A DNA stretch of 64,000 bases. It comes from Diplonema japonicum (Eukaryota > Protista > Euglenozoa: Diplonemea). Of this stretch, positions 32,901-43,911 are shown piece by piece (position 1 is the stretch's first letter; every line of letters begins with the position of its first letter). The stretch spans positions 62,001 to 126,000 of the forward strand of contig OZ025724.1 of NCBI GenBank assembly GCA_964019335.1, written 5' to 3'. A program made the position numbers and the translations under genes. The notes beneath the pieces were generated by a model. It saw nothing but the letters and a program-made list of their open reading frames with translations. It was not told the origin of the DNA and made no database searches.

Positions 32901-35090
32901 CGAATAAACCTGCCAGCGCCCGTCTCCGGGCTGCAAGCTAGCTGCTGAATCGACAGCCATCGACAGTTGGAAGGCATTGTGTACATCACTTGTGAGGCCA
33001 TAGACAATGTTGCTCACAGTGTCCGAAAGCGCTCCAGACACGCTGAAGAAGACAGGCGACACCTTCGTAGCCGACGGGCCTTTGTCTTGCATGTAATTCC
33101 AAATCCTCTCAAGATTGCTCTTGGGAATCAGGTTGAACGTCTTATCCTTCGCAACCCCCTCAAGCCCTCTACTATGCAGATGTTGCACTACTGAAGTCAC
33201 CTGTTCCTTCGCAGCTTTTAGCATATATTCTCTGATATGCCTTCGCCCCAGTTGTTGTACATAATAAAGCTGTGTGTCCGGGCCGAGTATGTGCGCCGCA
33301 TGGAGGTCCCAATATCTAAGATATTCGGTTCGGGTAGATAGCACCACGCGAGCATTCGGCCATTCGTCGAGTTTGAACCCCAGTCTTCCAAGCAAGCATT
33401 CGGAACCAGGAACTTTTAGGTAAGACGCCTCCCCTTTGCATTCGTCAAGGGAGTCGAGGAGGAGGGTCACGTTCCGTGTCTTTAGCTCCTCGATTTCGTT
33501 GTCGTTGAGATTGTATTCGCTCTTCATGGCCTCGATGATATTGGGGGGGTTGTCAGGGCTGAGCACGTTGGGAAGGGACGGTAGGGAGTAGAACATCTTG
33601 ATATGTTGTTTGGAAGGGAGGGCCATCAGGGAGAGGGTGGTGGATGTTTTACCAGAGCCCGCTTCCCCAGCGATAACGGCGGTGCGGACGGTCGCACCAT
33701 CGCCCAGCGCCTCGTAGACGTCGATGAGCTCCTGTTCCGGAACGTTCTCTTGGTTGAGCGACACTTGAGGCTCGACATACCGTGCTTGGAAATCTTGAAA
33801 GAAAACTTTTACGCTCTCGCGCACGCCATCGAATCGTGCGTCTATAACTTTTGACGGCGACATGCTTGGCCGCTTCTTCTCCGACATCTGGTTCAGGATT
33901 ACTACGTCGTTGGCCGACCGAAGCGTTGTGAGTAAAGCGTCACCCGGCCTGAACACAACCTGGAAGACCTGGTTGGAGGGTAGGATAAGCTCCCGTTCTG
34001 AGGGGTACATGGATGTCCAGCTGATGTCCACAGCAGGGTCCTCGTCTGCATTGATGATGAACCATGTTCCACCGGACTCGCCTGTGAACCACCATGCGAT
34101 GGCAGGCTCGCCGGACGTGGATGTGAACGCGGGCCACGTCACCATCGCGCCCTCTCGGTACCGTTTGGAAACACGGTGCCCGGAAAGCCCCCGGAAGACT
34201 GTTCTCGGGGTCCTAGGAAGCGCCCTGACAAAGGTGTCCAAGCGTTTAATCAATGGCTTCATCACTTCCAGTGCCCTTTTGAAGACCATCAGGTCCGCGT
34301 CACCGTTCGCAGAACGCATGTGGGGATCGCCAACCTCACGCATGCAGAGGTTCAGTGCGTTGTATATTTGCATAGGCCGTTCTTGGGCACGGGGAATATC
34401 GGGGGTATTTGGATCGTTGGGCACTTGAGAGTTGTAAGTGTAAAAGAAGCACGACATGAATCCTTCCAGCGCATCCTTCGCGCCCATGTGTTCAAGGGCT
34501 TCCCAAGGTACAGATTCGTTAGTCTCACTGTCTGTCAGAACGCTTTTCAACACCGAGGCAAGGTTGTGAAGCATGCAGCATGTCGGGCTTCCGTTGGCGC
34601 ACCTGCTGTAGTGGAGGCCGTGGGGGCACCACAGCTCGCTTGGGTAGAAGCTGCACCCCCCGCGTTCCAGGAATTGTTCTTCAGAGTGCTTCCAGGTTTG
34701 CCGCATGGCAGTCTTGGGGACGTTCTGTTCCCATTGCACAGGAAGCCCCACGATCCATTTCAGAAGGGGTTCGATTTCACCTTCACTGTCGTAGAACTGG
34801 TACATGTCGCTTAGGATAGCACTCAGAGCGGTGTAGCATTGAGATGCGCCGATGTCCAAGCAGGTGCTTAGTCTATCCAACATCTCCCCTGTCAGGTCGT
34901 GTTCTCGTCCCGATTCTCGTCTTTTCTCACGAAACAAGTTGTACTCCTCTTCCTTAGCATTTTCCTTCTCTCCATCCCATCCATCGTTGCTCCCTTCATG
35001 TTCCTTCAGCCAGGTATGCAGCTGTGCAAACCCCTCCACCACACCGCCTTCAGGGTCTGGTTCGAATTGATAATCTTGTACCCTTGTCAT
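29989..35090 (-). CDS. NLR-like STAND protein: ADP-ribosyltransferase - NACHT - pentapeptide repeats - WD40; join(35090..31575,31536..31379,31333..29989), 1672 aa
   Basis: ART R-S-E motifs VFRG, FTSTS and SERE; Walker A GEAGSGKT; Walker B LLLDSLDE; VVLSTR; FSFVHRSIHEFL; A(D/S/N)(F/L)xx repeats; WD40 repeats. Removing the 38-nt intron fuses the two ORFs (LDAE|VTDIAF); removing the 45-nt intron deletes a Lys-rich insert. Confidence 0.9.
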
Positions 35091-35222
35091 TTCTTTTTTG
35101 TTTTTTTTTTGTTTTTTTTTCTCCTCCACTCCCCCCTTTTTTTTTCTTCTTTTTCTTTTTGTTCGTTTTGTATCGTCGTTCGGGCAAAGAAACTACAATG
35201 AATGGCACAGAAAAACAAAAAA

Positions 35223-35336
35223 AAAAAACTAGTTTGGCGCTCCATTTGTTTGTGCGCACGAACGGAATTTTACCTAATAAAATAGCTCATTACGCTGCCA
35301 TCAACTAGTTTTTAGTCTCGACAATAATATTGTTAA
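35223..35336. repeat. ~115-bp direct repeat, copy 2; its terminal TTAA is the piggyBac target site
   Basis: Matches 29817-29930. Confidence 0.9.
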
Positions 35337-37083
35337 CCCCTAAAGGCCCGGAGCCTATCTACGGTATCCCCCCATTTTCGTTGTTGCTTTAAATACTCAA
35401 AAAAAGGGCAGCATGCAACCATAGGAAGGTGCAAGGAAAGGGTAAACGGTACTCCAGATTCAGATGAGAACACTTAACTATGTGTGTAAGAGGGGGGTTG
35501 AGGGGGTACCTTTTATGTCCGATTTTGGGGGGTCTTGTCGTGGGGGGTCCGTGGAGTTATGGCTGGGCTAAAAAGGGCAGCATTCAGCCCTATTTGGTGC
35601 CCTGAACTCTAGGATTGAGGTCAGTCTGGAGACTTTTGGGGGCTGTGGGATGAAAAAAGCAACTTGTGAGTTTTTCCAGCTGAGGTAGCATGCAAGGGTA
35701 AAAAACACGTTTTGCATAAGGGGGTTTTGCAACAGGGGCACCACATTTGCACCTTCTTCCCGCACCCAGGAACAGCACAGAGCACCCTCCTCACCTTCGT
35801 TCCGTTCATCATGGTCTCGGAGGTGTGATTTAAGGTCAAATCGAGACGTTTTGGGTATTTCTGAGTGAGGGAATCCTCATTGCTAGCGTGTTTGCGCTTG
35901 GGGGTCGGTGACGGTGTTGTCGGGGTGTGTGCTATCGGTTTTTGGGGCATGGGTGAGAAGCTTGCCAACAAGTTCTTCTTTGAAGCTCGGGAAGCCATAA
36001 TTTTTGCCACATTCCCTGCTCTTCTTCCAGATTATGGAGGAGTTGGCAACACAGCTTTCGACCATGGTCCACTTCCGGGTTTTCATATGCCGAACTCCAG
36101 TCCCCTGGAGCTGGTCTTGCCGGTCAGGGGTCGACAGCAAACCCTTAGGAGTCGACAGTACGCATGACTAGGTCCTGTGTTGTGGACTTCTTGCTGAAAA
36201 TGTTGAAATTCGCCAGGTAACCGTTTTATGAGTCACATGTAGCGATTACCTTGATGCCCACCGAGTTGCTTTTTCGTGGTGCCATGACTTTTGTTGTTGT
36301 CGGGATAACACTGTCGTCAACAGACAACCACTTGCCAGGGGTCCGCACAGTCCTACACCGGTTGACAATGATGTCAAGAAACCTGCACATGAGGTGCAGT
36401 TTCAGGCCTTCCAAATGTTTTCCAGGTTGTCAAAGGTGAGGTAGCGCTGTATGTCAACGAATCGGTTTGCTCATTTTCTTAAAAGCCGGATGGTTAAATT
36501 AGAATTTGTTGTCCAGTAGCTCTTCATGTTCGGTGCCGAGCGTAACCCCATTAACAGGACCAACCCAAGCCAAATTTTGTACTCTAGGATGGAAAGATTC
36601 AGATTCCGCTGTTTTTTTGAATCGAAACGACCGTTCGTGGAAGAAACTATGAGCTCAAGTACCGCGTGTGCAAAAAAAAAAGATTAAAAACACCCTCCTC
36701 ATTGGCCGCTTCACCTAGAGGTGTCCTGAGCCCACCTTTTCACGGAAATGATATGTTTTGGGCCTTTGGGAGTATTTCTCCCACCCAAGCATCGTTTCCG
36801 GCCCCTCTTTGACCGCCTCATCGTCTTTTTCTTCTTTATCTGACCAGTCGGGGGAGACTCACGTTTTCGCTGCTATTTTGACCATCTGATTTCATTTTAA
36901 GCCGACCCTGCCGGTTTCAATTGAAACAAAACCTTTAACGCAAAATGTAGTTCCAAGACAAAATAAACCGCGCAACAATGCCATATTTTGAAGTCCAGGG
37001 GCCGTGTTCAAAAAAAAGTACTTAGCGAAAAAGCAAATTTTGAAATAAGGACAAAAATGTCCGCGCGGGCCTTTAGGGGTTAA
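35333..37083 (-). mobile_element. Degenerate piggyBac transposon (second family)
   Basis: TTAA at 35333-36 and 37080-83; perfect 14-bp TIR cccctaaaggcccg / cgggcctttagggg; transposase fragments PGKWLSVDDSVIP and GIKVIATCDS; Cys-rich tail CAVPGC...WCPCCKTPLCKTCF..H. Confidence 0.92.
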
Positions 37084-37217
37084 ATTTTGCTTTAAAAAAG
37101 AAAAAAAAAATAAGCCAAAAATACAAAAGAAAAAAAAAGAAGAAAAAAAAAAGGGATATACGAAAAGAGGAACTCTCTTGTTATCGCAAAAAAAAGAATA
37201 CATAATATCAGCAATGC

Positions 37218-38126
37218 TCACAGAACGTCATACCCGGCATAGAGGGGGAAGGGCCGTGTGTCTCCGGTGTGCAAAGGTGGGTAGTCGTCTCGAAGGGGCT
37301 CGTAAACCGACTTGAGCGCGACCTCAACCTTCTCCAAGCCCTCCTCGACACGTTCGTAGTCTCTGGAGAGGAATACGTCAAAGCCCTGCAGGCTCTGCAG
37401 CTGGTCCCGGCTTCTGACAAGGTCCGCCTTGTGTAGCTCGAGACGCTCTTTCATCTTTTTATATTTTTCATAGTCACGGGAGTACGCCTCGCTAGCGATG
37501 TCAACACGTGCCTGCTGGCGCTGGACCAGCTCATCCTCGAAGTCCTCTGCCGACTTGGTGTCCAGTCTCAACGGTGGCTGAGGGGGCGGCTGCACCCCTT
37601 TCTTATGGTACATTACCGTCTCGCGAGGGTTTTCAAGATCTACTTCACCCCTGCTGCATTTTGCGTTAAAGTACGCCCAGTAAGGGTCAGGACCCCGAGG
37701 GGCTTTGGGAACGCTTTTCACCTTCTTTCGTGGTTCGGTTACAGTTGACAGCGTGTACTGAGAGGACACAAAGGATGCCGATGTTAGGTATTCTTCATCT
37801 TCCTCTTCTGTTAGAAAAGTAGATGCCAAGCTTCCTCTGTAGCTTGGGGGCTTCCCGGCTTCAACCCATTTCACGCCGTTTCGTGTGGCGAGGTGTTTCA
37901 GTCGTTTTGCTAGTTCTCTCCCGGGGAGTACGCCACCGCCTCCGTTCTCGTCTTTAACCTCTTTGCTGACGTGGTCGTAGGTAAGCTCCTTGCATTCGCC
38001 GAGTCTCTTCGCCTCTGGGTCGCCGGGCTTCTTTAGATACACCTGAAGCCTCCCTTTCGCAGTAGGGTCGTGTAAGAAGGTGACTTGATTCGCACCTTTT
38101 CTGAAGGTCACGACGTCTGTCGCCAT
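37218..38126 (-). CDS. Hypothetical protein (302 aa) with C-terminal coiled coil
   Basis: Intact long ORF with normal composition, co-oriented with neighbours. Confidence 0.7.
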   Translation of the reverse strand: MATDVVTFRKGANQVTFLHDPTAKGRLQVYLKKPGDPEAKRLGECKELTYDHVSKEVKDENGGGGVLPGRELAKRLKHLATRNGVKWVEAGKPPSYRGSLASTFLTEEEDEEYLTSASFVSSQYTLSTVTEPRKKVKSVPKAPRGPDPYWAYFNAKCSRGEVDLENPRETVMYHKKGVQPPPQPPLRLDTKSAEDFEDELVQRQQARVDIASEAYSRDYEKYKKMKERLELHKADLVRSRDQLQSLQGFDVFLSRDYERVEEGLEKVEVALKSVYEPLRDDYPPLHTGDTRPFPLYAGYDVL

Positions 38127-38280
38127 TCCCCCTCCCCCTCCCCCTCCCCCCTTCTTGCTTTTTCTTTTCTTTTAAATTTTTAGACGAAGAAAAAAAAAAA
38201 CGAGGAAGAAGAAAAAAAAACCTTTTTCCATGTGAGTGAATAAAAAGGGAGGGGGGGGGGGTTACAAAAAGTAGTAGGAC

Positions 38281-38578
38281 CTATGCTTCTCCTGCCGACG
38301 TACTTTCCTCGGCTGCTACTGTTGCCGCAGCTGTCTTTTGGGCCGCTGTGTGTATTTTTTGATTCCCCCCCCCCATCGTTGCACACCTTGAAGTACACTC
38401 TCGGGCCATTGTACACCTAAAGGGTACACGATATCAAGGATAAAGAGAGCCATAGACTATTTTTTTTTTTTTGTTCTTATTTTTGCACACACGACCCTTG
38501 GCATACCGCTAGCCAAATTCCAATAAGTGCCCAAATCCACCAGGGCCAGTCGTCCTTCTTATCTTGCTTGCCGGACAT
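38281..38578 (-). CDS. 68-aa single-TM microprotein; join(38578..38507,38456..38387,38345..38281)
   Basis: Two GT-AG mini-introns (50, 41 nt) give MSGKQDKKDDWPWWIWALIGIWLASMALFILDIVYPLGVQWPESVLQAAQKTAAATVAAEESTSAGEA*. Confidence 0.7.
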
Positions 38579-38793
38579 TTTCTTTTCTCTTTTTTTTTTT
38601 TTTTTTGTTTCCCCCTCGGCTCTCTGTGGCAAACTGAAAAATAAACTCAAAAAAAAAAAAAGAAGAAAAATTCACTAACTTTTGTTTGTCCACTGCAAAC
38701 TCTGATTTTTTTTCTTGGTTTCTTTTAAGTAACATTGGCAGTATCTATCAATGTTGTGCTATAATATTTCTCTGTCTCCCCTTCTTTTAAATC

Positions 38794-39091
38794 TTATTTT
38801 GCAGGATTTGCCGGCACCACCAGTGTCTTTAACTTTTCAGTAAACGCATCGTTAGGGATCTATGTGTGGGTGTGTTTTGGGTTTTCTTTTCTTTCTCCCC
38901 TAGCATACCGCCCAAGAATCTATCCACATTGCTCTCTCAGCTCCATCGGGCTGAGCTGCATTCTGTTGGTGTACATTCTTCTTTCTGTTTCTTTTCCTTC
39001 CCCTCCATACCTTCCCCCACACCTCGGGGTCGAAGTCATCAAAATCATCTTCCTCAATGAATGACAAGGATAAGGTATTCTGCTCCGACAT
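38794..39091 (-). CDS. SEM1: Sem1/DSS1 family small acidic protein; join(39091..39011,38962..38909,38859..38794), 66 aa
   Basis: Two mini-introns (48, 49 nt). The product MSEQNTLSLSFIEEDDFDDFDPEVWGK...MWIDSWAIPNDAFTEKLK has the EEDDxFxxF / W / WxxxW / DxFxxxL pattern. Confidence 0.8.
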
Positions 39092-39203
39092 TTCTTTTTT
39101 CCTCCCCCCGCCCGTGCTGTGAATAAAAAAGCTGAGACGCAAATATTTAAAAAAGAAATAAATAAAAAAAAGAAAAGAAAGCTACGACCTATATCTAAAA
39201 AGG

Positions 39204-41327
39204 TCAGGAGACGACGCAGCAGCCTGCCACATTTCTTTTCGTGGTGTTCTTTGTCGCAGGTTCCCAGCACCTTGCAGGGTTTTGTTCAGGTAGCTTGGCG
39301 GTCACCACCACCACCTGTGCTTCGCAATGTTCCTGTACCACGGCGTCGTCTCTGTTCCCGGGATCCTCCTCGTTGAGCAGCTGCATCCCTTCAGCGTTAT
39401 TCCGAGCGGCTATTGGGGTCCCTGAAAGAAACCACTTTCCAACAGCTGTGACTTTGCGAAGAGGGCTGAGGTCAACGCTCTCCAAAGAAATGCAACTGTT
39501 GAAAAAACTGTCCCCAACAAACTGCACGTTCTGCAAGGGGCTCATATCCACAGAAGTCAATGATTCACAATTGTCGAGGAAGCTATCGCCGACTGAGGTG
39601 GCGTTGCGAAGAAGGCTGAGATCAACGGCTTCCAAAAGCTTGCAGTTGAAGAGAAAGTAATCGCCGACAGACTCCACACTCTGAGACTCTTGCTTGTTCA
39701 AAGTAACCCACCGTAGCGAGTCGCAGCCACTCATGAAGGAGAAGTTCACTCTCGTCACATTCTTAAGTGAGCTCAGATCAACAGAAGTCAATGTTTCACA
39801 CCTGGATAAAAAACTGTGCCCAAGGGCACTGACATTACAAAGGGGACCGAGGTCAACTGTTTTCAAAGACTTGCAGCTGCTGAGAAATGAACTCCCGATG
39901 GACTGAACCATTTGCAAGGGACTCAAATCCACAAAAGTCAATGATTCACAGCGACTGAGAAAGCCATGGCCGAGTGCGGTCACATTGCGAAGCGGGGTGA
40001 GGTCTACAGTTGTTAGGGAGGTGCATTTATTGAGAAAATTGTCGCCGACATGCACGCTAAGCGAAGCAACGAGGTCCTCTTTCTGAAGGCCCTGTTCATC
40101 AACACAAGAAGTCATTGATTTGCAGTGGTTTTCGCCGCCGATCGTTGTGTTGTTCTGAAGGAAACAGAGATTCACGGACGTGAGAGAGTTGCACTCGTAG
40201 AGAAAATAGTCCCCAACCGACCGAACACCATGGAGGGCTGTCAAGTCCAAGGTGACAACTGATGAGCAAGATCCTAAAAAATAGCTGTCAATAGTCATGA
40301 CATTGAACAGCTGGCTCAAATCCACAAACTTCAACGACACACAAGCATTCATGAAACTGCAACCCACAGCGGATATACGCTCAAGGGGGCTCAGATCCAC
40401 AGATGTCAATGATCCGCATTTTGAGAGAAAGCTGTCGCCGACGGTGGTGACGTTGCGAAGGGGGCTCAGATCAACGGTTTTCAGAGACTTGCAGCTGTGG
40501 AGAAAATAATTCCCGACCGACTGGACGTTCTGCAAGGGGCTGAGATCCACGGAGGCCAATGACTCACAGCCGTCGAGGAAATAATCTCCCGTTGTTTTGA
40601 GGTTTTCGAGGAACCCGAGGTCGATGCTCGAAAGAGATTTGCAGTTGTGGAGAAGACAGCTCCCAACCGACTGAGCGTTTTCAAAAGACGTCACGTTAAC
40701 AGAAGTCAATGATGCACAGCCAGTGAGGAACTTGCTACCGATTGCCGTGAGGTTCCTGAAGACGCAGAATAGGGATGTTAGCGAGCTGCTTTCACTGAGA
40801 AAGCAGTCCCCAATGGACTGAACGCCCCGCATGGCCGCCAGCTCCAAGGTGACGAGTGAGGAGCCAGATAAAAAAGAATCCCCTATAGATGTTGCACCGT
40901 CGCTCAGGGTCCACACCTTGAGGTGACGAAGATTTGAGGGAAATTCGTTTGTGAGGCTACTATCGAGGCAGGTCAGTCCTGCAACATCCACCTCAAGAAG
41001 AAGCTCAGGGTTCTCCTCAAGAAACCCTTTGATCTCCTCTTTTCGCCTCGGGAGCTCCTCGTGACTGACACTAAGTGCTCTGTTACAGGTGCACAAGAGA
41101 AGCTCGCTCCCCTGCCCCATCCCCAGCTGCTGTATCTCCTGTTCCCCACCGCCAGATGTCTCATTATCCAAGACCACACCTTCGAATTGTAAGAGGAACC
41201 ACCCTACCTCCATTGCAGAAACCTCAGCCGCCTTCCTGTACAGGTCCTTCACCCTGTCAAGCCCAGACAGCTCCACCTCGTGCACCACATCCTCGTCGAC
41301 AGTCCTGATCAACACTGCGAGGCTCAT
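39204..41327 (-). CDS. Ubiquitin-like - BspA-type LRR - CaaX protein (paralog 1, 707 aa)
   Basis: N-terminal ~80-aa beta-grasp-like domain, about 20 repeats of ~23 aa (CxSLTSVDLSPLxNVxxxGxxFL), C-terminal GCCVVS. Confidence 0.85.
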   Translation of the reverse strand: MSLAVLIRTVDEDVVHEVELSGLDRVKDLYRKAAEVSAMEVGWFLLQFEGVVLDNETSGGGEQEIQQLGMGQGSELLLCTCNRALSVSHEELPRRKEEIKGFLEENPELLLEVDVAGLTCLDSSLTNEFPSNLRHLKVWTLSDGATSIGDSFLSGSSLVTLELAAMRGVQSIGDCFLSESSSLTSLFCVFRNLTAIGSKFLTGCASLTSVNVTSFENAQSVGSCLLHNCKSLSSIDLGFLENLKTTGDYFLDGCESLASVDLSPLQNVQSVGNYFLHSCKSLKTVDLSPLRNVTTVGDSFLSKCGSLTSVDLSPLERISAVGCSFMNACVSLKFVDLSQLFNVMTIDSYFLGSCSSVVTLDLTALHGVRSVGDYFLYECNSLTSVNLCFLQNNTTIGGENHCKSMTSCVDEQGLQKEDLVASLSVHVGDNFLNKCTSLTTVDLTPLRNVTALGHGFLSRCESLTFVDLSPLQMVQSIGSSFLSSCKSLKTVDLGPLCNVSALGHSFLSRCETLTSVDLSSLKNVTRVNFSFMSGCDSLRWVTLNKQESQSVESVGDYFLFNCKLLEAVDLSLLRNATSVGDSFLDNCESLTSVDMSPLQNVQFVGDSFFNSCISLESVDLSPLRKVTAVGKWFLSGTPIAARNNAEGMQLLNEEDPGNRDDAVVQEHCEAQVVVVTAKLPEQNPARCWEPATKNTTKRNVAGCCVVS

Positions 41328-41426
41328 GTTTATATGGTTCTTTGTCCTTTTTCGAATATTGCAGAGAGTGACATTCTTTTTTGGTTCCCCCCTCCCCCCC
41401 CGGCCGCTGTTATGTGCAAAATAAAA

Positions 41427-41623
41427 ATATATGAGTTAAAGGAGGCCGGTGTTGGCGGCGCCCTGCACAAGAACTGTCTACTTATTTACAGGGGGCGCAC
41501 CGCGACCGAGTTGTAGCTTCTGCTGCGTTCCGCGCCGTGTCCTTACTTGCGTGCAGTGTACAGCTCAACAGCAAACAACACACTCTGATGTTCTTCTTAT
41601 ATTTTCATGTTATCCCCACCACC
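41427..41623 (-). mobile_element. ~200-bp SINE-like element ending in the type-I tail; related copies at ~5149-5295, ~22550-22595 and ~42575-42845
   Basis: Shared blocks tgtagcttctgctgcgttccgcgccgtgtcctta and tcaacagc(g/a)aacaacac..ctgatgt.cttct.tatattt.cat. Confidence 0.65.
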
Positions 41624-43911
41624 TGAAAAGAAAGAATAACTCGAAAAGGGGGAGGGGGGGGTACAGGTAAGAGAAGCGCTCCGGTAACATCATCAAGAAC
41701 GCAGTTAGAAAGAAAGGTACTTTATTAAGAGAAGAAGGAAAGGAAAAGAAAAACTAAGAGAAACAAAAAATATATGAGTTAAAGGAGGCTGGTGTTGGCG
41801 TCCTGTGAAAATCGCCCCACAAAAAAGAAAAGCTAGGAAGGAAAAAAGAACTCGTTAAATCTCACGGGGTGCTCATTATTCAGAAAAAAAGAAACAAGAG
41901 AAGGTGGCTGAAATATTGGGGAAGACCCGACGTCAGGCGTTTTACTATCTGTATAGGGAAATAAATAAATTGGGGGGTCACTCCAACACAAAAAGAGGAA
42001 GGAAAAAAAAACACTGTAAAACGAATAAAGTCGGGCAGAAAACTCCCGGACACCAAAAAAACCCGGACGGGATTTTTCTGGGAAGAATTCTTTTTACATG
42101 GGAGGGTAGAGCTCCTGCTTTTTTTTGTTCCATACCACGTCTGCATGGAAGAGCATTATTCCTTGTGCAGACTCGTATACCCAAGGCACGGGCACGTTGA
42201 GCAGCTAGCTTGTGAGGTTTCTTTTTTTTTTTTTTTTTTGACTTTTTTCTACTTCGTCGATCTTTTTTTCCAAACCGTCCGTTCACCATATTTCCCATTT
42301 TTTTGTGTCGATCTCCCGCCCCTTCATACTGCTCCTTCCAATCGATATTACGGAGTAAGCGCCTAGCACGCCAGGGAACGCACCAAATAGATGTTATCTC
42401 CTCCGAACTGTCTTGTCCGGTCGCAGCTGAAAATTACTTTTTCCTGCCATTTCTTTTTCTCCCTCCTCCTTCTTCGAGAAGGAAAAAGCTAAGAGAAACA
42501 AAAAGATGAGTGAAAAAAATAGGGCTTTGATTGCAACACTAAGTGTCGTTAAGCGTGCAACGAAGCACGAACTACCTACTTGATTACAGTTGGCGCAACT
42601 CGGCCGAGCTGTAGCTTCTGCTGCGTTCCGCGCCGTGTCCTTAATGCGTGCGGTGTGCAACTCAACCCTAGCCGGGCGCCCTGGGTAACCAAGATTCGGC
42701 GCTCATGCGTCTCAGTTTGCCTGTTCGTCACCCTGAGCATATGCAATACGTTCTTCCACTCGGGCGCTACCGGTGATGACCGACGAGGAGGTCAACAGCG
42801 AACAACACATCTGATGTACTTCTTATATTTCCATGCTATCCCAGGGCTTTTGATCTTTTAACGTCAAGGTTAGGGATTTGGGACAAGCACGCCGTCTTAT
42901 GCGTTTCCCTGTCGCAAACTGCCCCGCAGCCAATTTACACGGGAAAAACAGAGGAAATACCCCGGGTCCCACACCCCCCAAAAGGCTGGAGTTTAACAGC
43001 TTCGAAATCTCACTGGGCCACCCAAGAAACGCTTCGGCTCTGGGTAGAAGATCTGTTTCTCTCCTTTGCTACAACCTCATCGAGTCGTCGCAGCCCAAGA
43101 CTTGCCGAGGCCGAGGCCAGGCGCACTGCCAAGGCTGCAAAGGCAGCAAACAAGACGGCCGGACAGGTAGGACGCTGCTTGCCTTTTCCTCGCCCCCTTA
43201 TTTAGTTTTATTGGTCGGGAAAAGTACTCTCCGGACGCTAGTAGGAGCCATTGAATTATATTTTTGCCATTTTTGAGACTCTTGCAACATAAACATACGT
43301 TTTTCCAGACAGAGGGGACAGTGCGTAGGACAGGCTTGGTACCCCCTTAGCGGAAGATAAAATCACCAGATGTTTCGGCGGTCCGGACATTTTATCATCC
43401 GATGATTTTTTGTTTTACAGTAACTCGAACTGCCAAAAGAGGAACTGGCGTGCCGGCGTGGAGGGCAGCGAGAGGACAAACATGTCCTCTGCCCTTTAGC
43501 GCTACACCTCGCACAGTGCACCGCAGTGTCACCGTGCGAGGTGTCGCACTCCTCGAAGACGCAGTCCGCGAGGTGAGGGGCACGAGTGCTTCCCGATGGG
43601 TACTCGAGGTCCGCGTATTGGACCAAATCATCCCAGTCGAGTGCCGTCATATTTTGGTTTGTACGTGCCGGGTAAAAACCTGGAGAAGTTTGTCAACCCG
43701 AAACACGTTGCCAACGTTCCCCTTTTGTTTATACAAGTCAAAGACTCGTTCTTGCAAAAAAGTGTTGACATTCTTTTTTCCGGACGAGGGTACCTGAATG
43801 ATGAATGTGGAGAAGAATGAAAAAAGAAAGATAACAAAGAATGGGGCACAGCACACTGCACAGGGGAGGGTGACCGTAACCCAAAATGCCTTCCTTTGCC
43901 CTGTAAAGTCA

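Noticed and set aside
41980-42450. Another intron-split small gene around the A-run at 42222-42240
   Set aside because: I could not find a GT-AG combination giving a convincing complete frame.
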